Below are positions 18,700-28,972 of a stretch of DNA of 64,000 nt, one piece after another. The position numbers and the translations under genes are program-made. The notes beneath the pieces are model-generated. The model saw only the letters and a list, made by a program, of their open reading frames with translations, did no database searches and had not been told where the DNA came from. The first letter of the stretch is position 1; every line of letters begins with the position of its first letter. Source of the stretch: an uncultured Gammaproteobacteria bacterium (lineage in GTDB: Bacteria; Pseudomonadota; Gammaproteobacteria; CAYNNN01); assembly GCA_964398665.1 (NCBI GenBank), contig CAYNNN010000001.1, forward strand, positions 45,415-109,414. Reading direction: 5' to 3'.

Positions 18700-20064
18700 A
18701 TGCTGCATTTGGTGATTCTGGCAGCCGGTGCGGGCAAGCGGATGTATTCCGACCTGCCCAAGGTGCTGCATCCGCTCGGTGGCCGCCCCCTGCTGGCACA
18801 TGTGCTGGCAGTGGCCCAGGAGATGAACCCCGAAGCCATTCATGTCGTTTATGGTCATGGAGGCGCGCAGGTACGCCAGGCTTTTGCCCGGACTCCGGTG
18901 TCCTGGGTCGAGCAGGCCCGGCAGTTGGGCACCGGCCATGCAGTCGCCCAGGCCCTGCCCACCATTCCGGATGCCGCGACCATCCTGGTGCTGTATGGCG
19001 ATGTGCCTCTGCTCCAGGCGCAGACCCTGCGCACGCTGCTCCATATGATCAAGCATCCGCATCAACTGGCTTTGCTCACGGTCAAGCTGCGCACCCCCAC
19101 CGGTTATGGCCGGATTGTGCGCGATGATTTGGGCCAGGTATTGAGCATCGTCGAGGAAAAAGACGCCACGCCTTCCGAACGGGCCATTTCGGAAGTCAAT
19201 ACCGGGATTCTGGCCGCCCCGGCCCATGCCCTGAAGGATTGGGTGGCACGACTTTCCAATACCAATGCCCAGGGAGAATATTACTTGACGGATGTCATCG
19301 CCCAGGCCAAGGCCGAGGGTTTCGAGATCAACACCCTGCTGGCACCGGATCCTCAGGAAGTCACTGGCATCAACGATCGATTGCAACTGGCTGAACTGGA
19401 ACGCACCTACCAATGCCGCCAGGCCCGCGCCCTGTTGCGCAAGGGTGTGGGATTGGCCGACCCGGCCCGGCTGGATATTCGGGGCGATCTGGAAACCGGC
19501 TACGACGTGTTTCTGGATATTAACGTGATTTGCAGCGGTCGGGTGGTGTTGGGGGATGGCGTGCGTATCGGGGCAGGCTGCATTCTGCGTGATGTAGTGC
19601 TGGGGCCAGGCGTAGAGGTATTGCCCTACTCGGTGCTGGAAGGTGTCGAAGCCGGTGCAGGTTGTTGCATTGGCCCCTATGCCCGGCTGCGTCCGGGCAC
19701 CGTGCTGGCCGCTCAGGTGCATATTGGCAATTTTGTCGAGCTGAAAAATAGCCAGGTAGATACATCCAGTAAAATTAACCATCTGAGCTACGTGGGCGAT
19801 ACTACGGTAGGCACTCAGGTTAACATCGGTGCGGGCACCATCACCTGTAATTACGATGGGGTACACAAGCACCGCACCGTCATTGAGGATCGGGCGTTCA
19901 TCGGTTCCAACACCCAACTGGTCGCCCCGGTGACAGTCGGCGCCGGGGCGACCATCGGCGCGGGGTCTACCCTGACGCACGACGCCCCGCCTGAACAACT
20001 GACGCTGGCGCGTGCCCGGCAGGTAACGGTGCCCACCTGGCGGCGCCCGATCAAAGGAGATTAA
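18700..20064 (+). CDS. glmU: bifunctional UDP-N-acetylglucosamine diphosphorylase / glucosamine-1-phosphate N-acetyltransferase
   Basis: MLHLVILAAGAGKRM... at the N-terminus and left-handed beta-helix hexapeptide repeats at the C-terminus. Confidence 0.95.
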   Translation: MLHLVILAAGAGKRMYSDLPKVLHPLGGRPLLAHVLAVAQEMNPEAIHVVYGHGGAQVRQAFARTPVSWVEQARQLGTGHAVAQALPTIPDAATILVLYGDVPLLQAQTLRTLLHMIKHPHQLALLTVKLRTPTGYGRIVRDDLGQVLSIVEEKDATPSERAISEVNTGILAAPAHALKDWVARLSNTNAQGEYYLTDVIAQAKAEGFEINTLLAPDPQEVTGINDRLQLAELERTYQCRQARALLRKGVGLADPARLDIRGDLETGYDVFLDINVICSGRVVLGDGVRIGAGCILRDVVLGPGVEVLPYSVLEGVEAGAGCCIGPYARLRPGTVLAAQVHIGNFVELKNSQVDTSSKINHLSYVGDTTVGTQVNIGAGTITCNYDGVHKHRTVIEDRAFIGSNTQLVAPVTVGAGATIGAGSTLTHDAPPEQLTLARARQVTVPTWRRPIKGD

Positions 20065-20066
20065 CC

Positions 20067-21899
20067 ATGTGCGGTATTGTCGGGGCTGTGGCCCAGCGTG
20101 ATGCGGCAGCCATTTTGCTGGAAGGGCTGAATCGGCTGGAATATCGGGGTTATGACTCTGCCGGGATGGCCCTGCTGGGTGGCGGCATCCCAGGTTTTCA
20201 GCGTCACCGGGTGACAGGCCGGGTCAGTGCGTTGGCCCAGCTCCACCACCGGCACCCGCTCAAGGGCCATGTCGGTATTGCCCATACCCGTTGGGCTACG
20301 CACGGCGTGCCTTCCGAGGCCAATGCACACCCCCATGTCTGCCAGAAATTGGTAGCTGTCGTTCATAACGGCATCATCGAAAATTACACCGAACTGCGGG
20401 CCCAGCAGCAGGGGCATCATTTCACCTCGGAAACCGATACCGAAGTCATTGCCCACCTGATTTATGATTTCCATCAGGGCGGAGCCAGCCTGCTGACCGC
20501 CGTTCAGCAGGCTGCTGCCTGCCTGCAAGGCAGCTATGCCCTAGGCGTCATCTCGGCCCGCGAACCTCAAACCCTGATTGCGGCCCGACATGGTAGCCCG
20601 CTGGTCGTCGGACTGGGCTTTCAGGAATATTTCATTGCCTCGGATGTGTTGGCCCTGCTCCCGGTCACGCAGCGCTTCATTTTTCTGGAAGAAGGTGATA
20701 TCGCCGAACTGACCCCTGCCGGGGTGCGGATTTTTGCCGCAGATGGCCAGTCGGTGGAACGTGCCGTCCAGACTTCGGCGCTGGTCGCCGAACAGGCCGA
20801 GCGCGGGAGTTACCGGCATTACATGCTCAAGGAAATCTGGACCCAGCCCCAGGCCGTCACCTACACCCTGGAGGATCGGATCAGTGGTCAGCAGGTTTTG
20901 CCGCAGATTTTCGGGCCTCAGGCCGGAGATGTACTGACGCAGGTGCGGGCCATCCGCATTGTGGCTTGTGGCACCAGCTACCATGCCGGACTGGTCGCCC
21001 GTGACTGGCTGGAACATTACACCGGCCTGCCTTGCCAGACCGAGATTGCCAGCGAGTTTTGCTATCGGCGTCAGGTGGTGTTGCCCAATACCCTGTTTAT
21101 CACCCTGTCACAGTCCGGGGAAACTGCCGACACCCTGACGGCCTTGCGGCTGGCTAAAAAACTGGGTTATCTGGCCACGCTGGCCATCTGCAATGTCCCG
21201 GAAAGCTCCCTGGTACGCGAGTCCCAGTTTACCCTGCTGACCCGTGCTGGCCCGGAGGTCAGCGTCGCCTCGACCAAAGCCTTCACCACCCAGCTGGTTG
21301 CCCTGTTGCTGCTCACCTTGAGCCTGGCCAAACAGCAAGGTACCCTGAGCGCGGCACAGGAACAGCATGATGTACAGTTATTGCGCCAACTGGCCGGGGA
21401 CATGGAGCAGGTGCTGAAGCTGGAGCCCGCCATCGAACGCTGGGCCCAGGCGCTGGTGGATAAACCCAATGCCCTGTTCTTGGGTCGGGGCAGCCAGTAC
21501 CCGATTGCGCTGGAAGGCGCCCTGAAACTCAAGGAAATTTCCTATATCCACGCCGAAGGCTACCCGGCCGGAGAACTCAAACATGGGCCACTCGCCCTGA
21601 TAGATAGCGACATGCCGGTGATTGCCGTGGCACCCAACAATGAATTGTTGGAAAAACTGAAGTCCAACCTCAGTGAAGTGCGGGCACGGGGCGGCCGTCT
21701 GTATGTCGTGGCCGATGCCCGTGTCGCCCTGAATCCGGAACCGGGCTACGAGGTCATTCATCTCCCCCCGGTCGATGAATTGCTCGCGCCCTTGTTGTTT
21801 ACCATTCCCTTGCAATTGCTGGCTTACCATGTGGCCGTACTCAAGGGTACCGACGTGGATCATCCCCGGAATCTGGCCAAATCGGTGACTGTGACCTGA
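20067..21899 (+). CDS. glmS: glutamine--fructose-6-phosphate aminotransferase
   Basis: MCGIVGAV Ntn start, two SIS domains, and the C-terminal ...HPRNLAKSVTVT. Confidence 0.95.
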   Translation: MCGIVGAVAQRDAAAILLEGLNRLEYRGYDSAGMALLGGGIPGFQRHRVTGRVSALAQLHHRHPLKGHVGIAHTRWATHGVPSEANAHPHVCQKLVAVVHNGIIENYTELRAQQQGHHFTSETDTEVIAHLIYDFHQGGASLLTAVQQAAACLQGSYALGVISAREPQTLIAARHGSPLVVGLGFQEYFIASDVLALLPVTQRFIFLEEGDIAELTPAGVRIFAADGQSVERAVQTSALVAEQAERGSYRHYMLKEIWTQPQAVTYTLEDRISGQQVLPQIFGPQAGDVLTQVRAIRIVACGTSYHAGLVARDWLEHYTGLPCQTEIASEFCYRRQVVLPNTLFITLSQSGETADTLTALRLAKKLGYLATLAICNVPESSLVRESQFTLLTRAGPEVSVASTKAFTTQLVALLLLTLSLAKQQGTLSAAQEQHDVQLLRQLAGDMEQVLKLEPAIERWAQALVDKPNALFLGRGSQYPIALEGALKLKEISYIHAEGYPAGELKHGPLALIDSDMPVIAVAPNNELLEKLKSNLSEVRARGGRLYVVADARVALNPEPGYEVIHLPPVDELLAPLLFTIPLQLLAYHVAVLKGTDVDHPRNLAKSVTVT

Positions 21900-21932
21900 T
21901 GTTTCAGTCAGATACCTGGACCGACTGAACCC

Positions 21933-23261
21933 ATGCGCATTGGCTTGCAGACCTGGGGGAGTGAAGGCGACATTCGGCCCTTTCTGGCGTTGGGGCATGG
22001 CTTGGTGCAGGCCGGGCATACAGTCACCCTGGGCATGGTCAACGTGGATGGCCGGGATTTCAGTCCCTTGGCAGTCTCTTTGGGCATGCGGCCTGTTGCG
22101 CTGGGGCTGCCGTATTTTGCCACCCGGCGCCCGGAACTTTACGCCCTGGCGCAGCAAATGGTGCATTTGCGCAATCCACTCCGTCAGTTGGGATTGGTGC
22201 TGAAGCATCTGTACGACCCGGTACAAATGCTGCAATATGAATTTGCGCAGGAACTTTGTGCCAGCCACGATCTGGTGGTCGGGCACTTTCTGGTGGATGG
22301 ATTGGCCGTGGCCGCTACCCTGGCCCAAAAACCCTATGCGTCCGTCATGACCGTTGGCACCGTACCCAGCCGTGCGCTGCCGCCGGCAGGCTTACCCAAC
22401 GCAGGGCCGTGGTTCAACAAGACCGCCTGGGCGCTGGCACGCTGGGTGATTCAGCGTCAATTCGGCCCCCGACTCAATGCGTTGCGCCGCAAGGCCGGAC
22501 TTAAGCCCCTGCGGGATGTCCTGCGTGAGGGCTTTGGTTCCAGCCAGCTCAATTTAATCAGCAATAGCCGGTTACTCTATCCGCCCCAACCTGATTGGGC
22601 GCCCCAGCATCATGTTTGTGGCTACCTGGCCCCGCCTAGCCCTGTAGCAGCGCTGGAACCGACGGTAGCCGATTTTTTGGCCGCCGGCCCGGCACCCGTG
22701 TACCTGACCTTTGGCAGCATGTTGACGGTCGATCAACCATTGCCCCTGATTCAGGAGGCCGTCACGGCTTTTTTGACTGCCGTGCGACAAACCGGGCTGC
22801 GCGCCATCGTTCAGGCACCCTGGACACGCCTGAACCCGACCGCGCCGCTGGGGCCGTACCAAAGCCCCGATCTGCCTCAAGTGTTACGTCTGAGCCAAGC
22901 CCCTCATGACCGGATTTTCCCGCAGTGTGCGGCGGTGGTGCATCATGGTGGTGCGGGGAGTACGCATGCGGCCCTCAGTGCAGGGTGTCCGGCGGTGATC
23001 GTACCTCATGCCATCGATCAGCAGGATTGGGCCGCCCGGTTGGCTCATCTGGGCGTAGCTGCCCCGCCTTTACCGCGCCGGCAACTGACCGGCGCCCGGC
23101 TGGCCCGGCGGCTGGAGCAGGTCTTGGACCAACCCGCTTACACCCAACGCGCTCAGGCGCTGGGCGCCCAACTACGCGCCGAAGCAGGCATTGCCACCGC
23201 AGTGCGCCTGCTGGAAGATTTTGCGTCTGGCACGACAAGGGCTGCGCGGAATCCTGCGTAG
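21933..23261 (+). CDS. GT1-family glycosyltransferase (MGT/UDP-glycosyltransferase-like)
   Basis: 442 aa. The C-terminal UDP-sugar-binding signature is ...HHGGAGSTHAALSAGCPAVIVPHAIDQ. Confidence 0.75.
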   Translation: MRIGLQTWGSEGDIRPFLALGHGLVQAGHTVTLGMVNVDGRDFSPLAVSLGMRPVALGLPYFATRRPELYALAQQMVHLRNPLRQLGLVLKHLYDPVQMLQYEFAQELCASHDLVVGHFLVDGLAVAATLAQKPYASVMTVGTVPSRALPPAGLPNAGPWFNKTAWALARWVIQRQFGPRLNALRRKAGLKPLRDVLREGFGSSQLNLISNSRLLYPPQPDWAPQHHVCGYLAPPSPVAALEPTVADFLAAGPAPVYLTFGSMLTVDQPLPLIQEAVTAFLTAVRQTGLRAIVQAPWTRLNPTAPLGPYQSPDLPQVLRLSQAPHDRIFPQCAAVVHHGGAGSTHAALSAGCPAVIVPHAIDQQDWAARLAHLGVAAPPLPRRQLTGARLARRLEQVLDQPAYTQRAQALGAQLRAEAGIATAVRLLEDFASGTTRAARNPA

Positions 23262-23273
23262 CCCCCTGGTAGG

Positions 23274-23297
23274 GTCCAGCCCTACAGGGCTGGAAAG
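23274..23297. terminator. hairpin between convergent GT1 gene and amt (possible bidirectional terminator)
   Basis: ccagccct-ac-agggctgg inverted repeat in the 50-nt gap. No clear U-tract. Confidence 0.3.
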
Positions 23298-23311
23298 GCT
23301 CACGTCGGGAT

Positions 23312-24517
23312 TTACCAGTTGGTTTCACGTTCGGCAGTTGCCGAGACCTTATGAATGCTCAAATCGGCGCCGTTGAACTCTGATTCAGGGTCCAGACGTA
23401 ACCCCACCGTCAGCTTCAGGGTACCGTAGACCATCAGTCCTCCCAGCAGGGCAATGCCGATACCCGCCAATGTCCCGACCAGTTGGGCCATAAAACTGAC
23501 CCCACCGAGGCCACCCAGCGCCTGTAGGCCAAAAATGCCCGCTGCAATGCCGCCCCAGGCCCCACACAGGCCGTGGAGCGGCCAAACACCCAGGACATCA
23601 TCGACTTTCCAGCGATTTTGCGTAACCAGGAACATGAATACAAACAGCAAGCCCGCCAGAACACCGGTGATCAGGGCACCCAAGGGGTGCATGAGATCAG
23701 AACCTGCACAGACCGCCACCAGTCCGGCCAACGGCCCGTTGTGGACAAAGCCGGGGTCATTGCGCCCCAGCATCAGCGCCGCCAGGGTACCGCCCACCAT
23801 CGCCATCAGCGAGTTCACCGCCACCAGCCCGGAGACGGCCTCAATAAGCTGGGCCGACATGACATTGAAGCCGAACCAACCCACAGTCAGAACCCAGGCG
23901 CCCAGGGCCAGAAAGGGAATGTTGGAAGGCGGATGGGCCGAAATCATCCCGTCGCGGGTATAACGCCCCCGCCGAGCGCCCAACAACAGCACGGCCACCA
24001 GCGCTATCCAGCCGCCAACGGCATGGACTACAACCGAACCGGCAAAATCATGAAACTTGAATCCAAAAGCGTGCTGGAGCAGGTCTTGTGCGCCATAATT
24101 GCCGTTCCAGACCATCCCCTCAAACAGGGGGTAGATCAATCCGACCAGCATGAAACTGGCCGCCAGTTGCGGGTTGAATTTGGCACGTTCAGCAATTCCA
24201 CCGGAAATAATCGCCGGGATGGCAGCAGCAAAAGTGAGCAGGAAGAAAAATTTGACCAGTTCGTAGCCATTTTTGGCTGCCAGGGTTTCGGCGCCGCTAT
24301 AAAAATTCAGGCCATAAGCAATCGTATAGCCGATGAAAAAATAGGCAATGGTCGAAATGCAGAAATCTGCCAGAATCTTGACCAGGGCATTAACCTGATT
24401 TTTTTTGCGTACGGTGCCCAGCTCCAGAAACGCAAATCCGGCATGCATGGCCAGCACCATGACCGCACCGATTAAAATGAACAGGACATTCGTCCCGGCT
24501 TGCAAGGCTTCCATCAA
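23312..24517 (-). CDS. amt: ammonium transporter (Amt family)
   Basis: 401 aa, 11 TM segments, and the typical N-terminus ...NVLFILIGAVMVLAMHAGFAFLELG. Confidence 0.9.
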   Translation of the reverse strand: MMEALQAGTNVLFILIGAVMVLAMHAGFAFLELGTVRKKNQVNALVKILADFCISTIAYFFIGYTIAYGLNFYSGAETLAAKNGYELVKFFFLLTFAAAIPAIISGGIAERAKFNPQLAASFMLVGLIYPLFEGMVWNGNYGAQDLLQHAFGFKFHDFAGSVVVHAVGGWIALVAVLLLGARRGRYTRDGMISAHPPSNIPFLALGAWVLTVGWFGFNVMSAQLIEAVSGLVAVNSLMAMVGGTLAALMLGRNDPGFVHNGPLAGLVAVCAGSDLMHPLGALITGVLAGLLFVFMFLVTQNRWKVDDVLGVWPLHGLCGAWGGIAAGIFGLQALGGLGGVSFMAQLVGTLAGIGIALLGGLMVYGTLKLTVGLRLDPESEFNGADLSIHKVSATAERETNW

Positions 24518-24568
24518 AGCTCCTCAGCGTCGTTTGTAGTAAGGGTTGACTCAAAACGGACCCTGGGA

Positions 24569-24584
24569 AGCAAAAATCACTCCA
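24569..24584 (-). promoter_or_regulatory. sigma-54 (-24/-12) promoter for amt
   Basis: Minus strand reads GTTGTGGAGTGATTTTTGCTTC. GG-N10-GC is satisfied (TGGAGT-N5-TTGCT). It sits about 50 nt 5' of the amt ATG. Confidence 0.5.
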
Positions 24585-24666
24585 CAACCTAATAATATAA
24601 TATTTAATGATTTATTTTGAAAGTCGCTTATTATTGCGCACTTGTTTTGTGCATTTTTAATAGATA

Positions 24667-24683
24667 TGCACCTTATTGGTGCT
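24667..24683. promoter_or_regulatory. NtrC-type enhancer site (TGCACC-N5-GGTGCT)
   Basis: Near-perfect match to the NtrC consensus TGCACC-N5-GGTGCA. It is about 100 nt upstream of the sigma-54 promoter, inside an AT-rich island. A second, weaker dyad TGCGCAC-N7-GTGCA lies at 24635-24653. Confidence 0.5.
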
Positions 24684-24695
24684 TATAGGGGAGGG

Positions 24696-25124
24696 TCAAG
24701 GCAGTTCGAGCGTGCTTTGCGGGTGCAGGCGCAAGCCCGGTACCGTACCACCCGGTAGCTCCAGAATATATTGTGCCGGTGCCGGACTGGCATACTGTGG
24801 GCAAGTCGCAGTACGACAGGGCGGTACAGCGATATAAGCCTTGAGCAGGCGCCGCTGGGCGTCAAAAAACAGGATATCCAGCGGAATCAGGGTATTTTTC
24901 ATCCAGAACGCCACTGGACGCGCCGAAGGATGGATGAACAGCATACCGTGGTCCGGGGCCAACGTGGTGCGGTACATCAGACCCTGGGCCTGGGCGGCCG
25001 GGCTGCGTGCCACTTCAACCCGAAAATCACGTCCGGCCAGCCGGGCGTTCATCCACTCAGGTTCAGCCGCTGCACCACTGTGCCACAACAGCAGTGCCCC
25101 CACCCAGAGCCGGTAGTTGGTCAT
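24696..25124 (-). CDS. DUF192 domain protein (secreted)
   Basis: ATG at 25124 gives MTNYRLWVGALLLWHSGAAA, a signal peptide. The core motif is ...RAQGLMYRTTLAPDHGMLFIHPSARPVAFWMKNTLIPLDILFFD. The longer track ORF has an implausible Cys/Arg-rich leader. Confidence 0.6.
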   Translation of the reverse strand: MTNYRLWVGALLLWHSGAAAEPEWMNARLAGRDFRVEVARSPAAQAQGLMYRTTLAPDHGMLFIHPSARPVAFWMKNTLIPLDILFFDAQRRLLKAYIAVPPCRTATCPQYASPAPAQYILELPGGTVPGLRLHPQSTLELP

Positions 25125-25284
25125 TGCGCAAACCCCACAGTGATGCCAAGCTGAGCCAGGCAGCCTAGCGTGCCGGCCGGGCAGATGCAAGCAACCGGCA
25201 CCGGGTTTCCGTGACGACTGACAGGTGCATGGCAGTGCCATTTTGGTTACCATCGCGGCCTCTCATGGCGCCGGTATTCATTTC

Positions 25285-26295
25285 ATGCCCCAGATCAGCT
25301 TGCAACCCAGTGGCCATACTTTTACGGCCACCCCGGCGGAAACTGTCCTGGAGGCAGCGCTCCAGGCCGGTATCGGCCTGAGTTATAGTTGCCGGAGCGG
25401 CCAATGTGGCAGTTGTCGTGCCCGCCTGGACAGTGGCACGGCACATTACCCGCTGGCACCGCCCGCAGCGCTGACGGTTGCCGAACAGCAAGCCGGCTGG
25501 GTGCTGCTCTGTCAACTACGGGCCGACAGCGATTTGAGCCTGACTGTCCGTGAGGTGCCGGTGCTAGCCGGCATCCAGCCGACCTTTTACCCGGCGCGGG
25601 TCCAGCGTCTGACCCGGCTGGCCCCCGATGTCATGCGGCTGGAGTTACAGCTCCCGCACAACCGTCCCTTTGCCTTCCAGGCCGGACAGTATCTGGAAGT
25701 AGTATTGCCTGGCGGCCAGCGCCGTTCTTTTTCTCTGGCCAATCCCCCTGATTTGGCGAGTAATCGGCTGGAACTGCACATCCGCCGGGTACCCGGCGGG
25801 TATTTTACCGGTCAAGTCTTTGAGGCATTGCAAGAACGCGCCATCTTGCGCATCTACGGGCCGCTGGGTACCTTCTTCCTGCGTCCTGGCACCAGGCCCG
25901 CGCTGCTGGTCGGGGGCGGTACTGGTTTTGCGCCCCTGAAAAGCATGCTGGAAACGGCCTTTGCTGCCGGGGTACAGCGTCCGCTGCATTTGTATTGGGG
26001 CGTGCGTGCCCAGCGCGATTGCTATCTGGATTTGCCTCAGCACTGGAGTGCCCGTTATCCGCAGTTTCGCTATACCCCGGTGTTGTCCGAGCCTGCGCCG
26101 GGAGAACCCTGGGCCGGGCGTACAGGCTGGGTACACGAGGCCGTGGTGGCGGATTACCCGGACTTGCGTCAGCACGAGGTATATCTCAGTGGCCCGCCCC
26201 CGATGGTCAAGGCGGGTCAGCGCGCCTTTGCCGCCTGCGGCTTGCCGCCGGAAGCCCTGTACTTCGATTCGTTCGAGTTTGCCCCACCCCGCTAA
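25285..26295 (+). CDS. 2Fe-2S ferredoxin / FAD-NAD(P) oxidoreductase (FNR-like reductase, AscD-type)
   Basis: Plant-type ferredoxin motif SYSCRSGQCGSCRARL, then RxYS-like FAD and GGGTGxAP NAD-binding motifs. The start could instead be the upstream ATG at 25225. Confidence 0.7.
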   Translation: MPQISLQPSGHTFTATPAETVLEAALQAGIGLSYSCRSGQCGSCRARLDSGTAHYPLAPPAALTVAEQQAGWVLLCQLRADSDLSLTVREVPVLAGIQPTFYPARVQRLTRLAPDVMRLELQLPHNRPFAFQAGQYLEVVLPGGQRRSFSLANPPDLASNRLELHIRRVPGGYFTGQVFEALQERAILRIYGPLGTFFLRPGTRPALLVGGGTGFAPLKSMLETAFAAGVQRPLHLYWGVRAQRDCYLDLPQHWSARYPQFRYTPVLSEPAPGEPWAGRTGWVHEAVVADYPDLRQHEVYLSGPPPMVKAGQRAFAACGLPPEALYFDSFEFAPPR

Positions 26296-26687
26296 GCGGC
26301 GGCCTGCAACGCGCTCATGACGCGCTGGAAGCGGGCGCGTACTTCGGCCCCCACCGGTGCCAGCGCCGGATTCTGCACCACAGCCAGCAACTGCTCGGGG
26401 TCGATGAAACTCACCAGCACCGCGCCCTCGGCATCCTGACGTACTGTGACGTTGCAAGGTAGCAGCAGACCCAAATCCGGCTCCTGGGTCAGCGCCTGGT
26501 GGGCCAACTGCGGATTGCAGGCCCCCAGAATCCGGTAGGGCGCTGCTTCCACCCCCAGTTTTTTGCGCAAGGTGGCACTCACATCTATGTCGCACAGCAC
26601 CCCGAACCCTTCACCTTGCAAAGCCTGGGTCACGCGCTGCACCGCTGTTTCAAAATCACCGACGAATTGCACTGAAAAGCCGTACAT
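26292..26687 (-). CDS. DUF302 domain protein
   Basis: 131 aa with MYGFSVQFVGDFETAVQRVTQALQGEGFGVLCDIDVSATLRKKLG, typical of DUF302. Confidence 0.7.
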   Translation of the reverse strand: MYGFSVQFVGDFETAVQRVTQALQGEGFGVLCDIDVSATLRKKLGVEAAPYRILGACNPQLAHQALTQEPDLGLLLPCNVTVRQDAEGAVLVSFIDPEQLLAVVQNPALAPVGAEVRARFQRVMSALQAAA

Positions 26688-26744
26688 GATTCAAACCTCA
26701 CCAAAAGACTATAATCCGGCCTTTAGCATAGCAGAGGCGTGACG

Positions 26745-27620
26745 ATGGCAGTGGTATTCCAGTCGGCAATCCCGGGTTTGGCCGCCCCGCGCCGGGGCAA
26801 GGTGCGTGATGTATATGCGTTGGACGACCAACACCTGCTGATCGTCGCCACTGACCGGCTCTCGGCTTTTGATGTGGTGTTGCCGACACCGATTCCCGGC
26901 AAGGGGGAAATCCTGACTCAGGTTTCGCGTTGCTGGTTTGCGCGTCTGGCGGTTACCCATCATCTGACCGACCTGCCCCTGAGCTGTTATATTGCCGACC
27001 CGGCTCTGTGCGCCGAACTGGCGCCGCGCAGCATGATCGTGCGCAAGTTGCGTCCCCTGCCCATTGAGGCCATTGTGCGCGGCTATCTGATCGGCTCGGG
27101 CTGGAAGGATTACCAGCGCACCGGAGCCGTGTGCGGCTTGACCCTGCCACCGGGGCTGCCGCTGGCGGCCCGCTTCCCGACCCCGATTTATACCCCCTCC
27201 ACCAAGGCCGAAACCGGCAAGGATGAAAACATCAGCTTCGCGGAAACCGTTGCCTTGGTTGGGCCAGAGGTCGCCGCGCAAGTCCGCGACCTGAGCCTGG
27301 CCATTTATCAGCAGGCGGCCGAATTTGCGCTGGCCCGAGGCATCATCATCGCCGATACCAAGTTCGAGTTTGGCCTGGATGATGACGGAACAGTGGTCTT
27401 GATTGACGAAGTACTGACCCCGGATTCTTCCCGCTTCTGGCCCGCTGACGGCTACCAGCCAGGCCAGAATCCACCCAGTTTCGACAAGCAGTTTGTCCGG
27501 GATTATCTGGAAACGCTCACTTGGGACAAGCAGCCGCCGGCCCCGGAATTGCCACCCGAGATCGTGGCCAGAACCGTAGCCAAATACCGTGAGGCCCAGA
27601 CCCGGCTCTGTGAGGGCTGA
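26745..27620 (+). CDS. purC: phosphoribosylaminoimidazole-succinocarboxamide synthase
   Basis: GKVRDVY...[13 protein letters not shown]... are SAICAR synthetase motifs. AGAGG sits 7 nt before the ATG at 26745. The track start at 26739 is a GTG. Confidence 0.9.
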   Translation: MAVVFQSAIPGLAAPRRGKVRDVYALDDQHLLIVATDRLSAFDVVLPTPIPGKGEILTQVSRCWFARLAVTHHLTDLPLSCYIADPALCAELAPRSMIVRKLRPLPIEAIVRGYLIGSGWKDYQRTGAVCGLTLPPGLPLAARFPTPIYTPSTKAETGKDENISFAETVALVGPEVAAQVRDLSLAIYQQAAEFALARGIIIADTKFEFGLDDDGTVVLIDEVLTPDSSRFWPADGYQPGQNPPSFDKQFVRDYLETLTWDKQPPAPELPPEIVARTVAKYREAQTRLCEG

Positions 27621-27683
27621 CCCCTGGCACAGGTGCACAAGCCGCTTGCTTAGCTGCAGGCTTGTACGTATGATGGCCGCTTC

Positions 27684-27760
27684 TTAGGCGCGTAGCTCAG
27701 TGGTAGAGCATCACCTTGACATGGTGGTGGTCGGTGGTTCGATCCCACTCGCGCCTACCA
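27684..27760 (+). tRNA. tRNA-Val (anticodon GAC)
   Basis: Cloverleaf folded by hand. Acceptor stem AGGCGCG/CGCGCCT with CCA, D-arm AGCTCAGTGGTAGAGC, anticodon loop TTGACAT, T-arm GGTTCGATCC. Confidence 0.85.
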
Positions 27761-27771
27761 GCCTGATTCAT

Positions 27772-27850
<79 letters not shown>

Positions 27851-27894
27851 ATCCGGCCTGCCGCTGCAAGTCGGCACACAGGCGCGTGCCGCGT

Positions 27895-28863
27895 CTAAAA
27901 TTGCCCGCGAATGAAGGCCATGAAGCGTTCCAGTATGGTCTTGCCCTTGACCCCGTCACACAATGCCCGGCCCTGGGCGGAATCCAGACAGACCACATCC
28001 AGGAAGAACTGAGTCCGACTCGTGTTCGCATCCGGTAGCAGCCGGGTCACAATCACTGCGATTTCATGATCTGCCAGCGGTTCAGCCGAAACCACCACGG
28101 TATCGTTGGCCAGTAACCCTGGCGTATTGGCCTGTGCCCGCACATAAGCCGTTACCCGTTGCCACTCCTCATCACAGCGTCCGGCAATCGGGCAAGGATA
28201 GATCTCCCAGACGTGGTAGCTGGATTGAAACCGGACATTGGGCCGTTTGAGGGCTCGTTGCAACAGCAGTTCCCGCAATCGGGGCAGGTCAGCTGCATAC
28301 TTGGCGCGTAGCGCCGCCTGATTTTCCTGTGCCCGGCTGATCACGCTACGATTAGTGGTAATTTCCTTCTGCAGGGCCTCAATTTCCTTGCGTAATGCCA
28401 GCGGTACCGTACTGCCCGCCCGTTCCAGCTCCGCTGCCTGGCGCTGTTTACCCAGAATCTGGGCCTGGAGGCGGGCGATGTTTTCCTCCGCCGTTTTAAT
28501 ATTGATCACCAGGGCTTCCACCTTGGCATCACGGGCCGTGAGCAGATCTTCTTCCTTGCTGAAACTTTTCAGCAGTAAATCATCACGGGCCTTTTGCTCA
28601 TCCAGAAACCGCTGACGCAGTAGCACCAGCTCCCGAAATTGCTGGTCACGGGCGATTTCTTCCGGGGTTTTTGCCCGCTCCACCCGCCGGGTGATGATGC
28701 CTTCGTCGCTCAACTCCCGACGTTCAAATTTTGCTGCGTCTGCCGGAACGCGATCCGTGTAGATGGTTTCGCCTTTTTCATTGACATATTTATGCAATAC
28801 ACTGCCTGCCCAGGCCACCTGCATGAGCAATCCCACAAGGACAAGGCTATAAACACGCTGCAT
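27895..28863 (-). CDS. DUF4124-like secreted coiled-coil protein
   Basis: The ATG at 28863 gives a signal peptide followed by ...[17 protein letters not shown] (the DUF4124 motif), a long coiled coil, and a Cys-containing C-terminal domain. The upstream part of the track ORF is not credible. Confidence 0.55.
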   Translation of the reverse strand: MQRVYSLVLVGLLMQVAWAGSVLHKYVNEKGETIYTDRVPADAAKFERRELSDEGIITRRVERAKTPEEIARDQQFRELVLLRQRFLDEQKARDDLLLKSFSKEEDLLTARDAKVEALVINIKTAEENIARLQAQILGKQRQAAELERAGSTVPLALRKEIEALQKEITTNRSVISRAQENQAALRAKYAADLPRLRELLLQRALKRPNVRFQSSYHVWEIYPCPIAGRCDEEWQRVTAYVRAQANTPGLLANDTVVVSAEPLADHEIAVIVTRLLPDANTSRTQFFLDVVCLDSAQGRALCDGVKGKTILERFMAFIRGQF

Positions 28864-28972
28864 TCCGAAACCTCTACCCAACTGCCTGATAGCCATTTTT
28901 ACGACTGGCCCTTTCACTGCTAACATGGCCCCGGTTCCGTACCCCGATGCCCGTGGCTTTTCTATCATACTC

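Noticed and set aside
27869-27888. Hairpin cggcac-N8-gtgccg just after tRNA-Pro
   Set aside because: It has no U-tract on either strand. It may help tRNA 3' processing or termination, but the evidence is insufficient.
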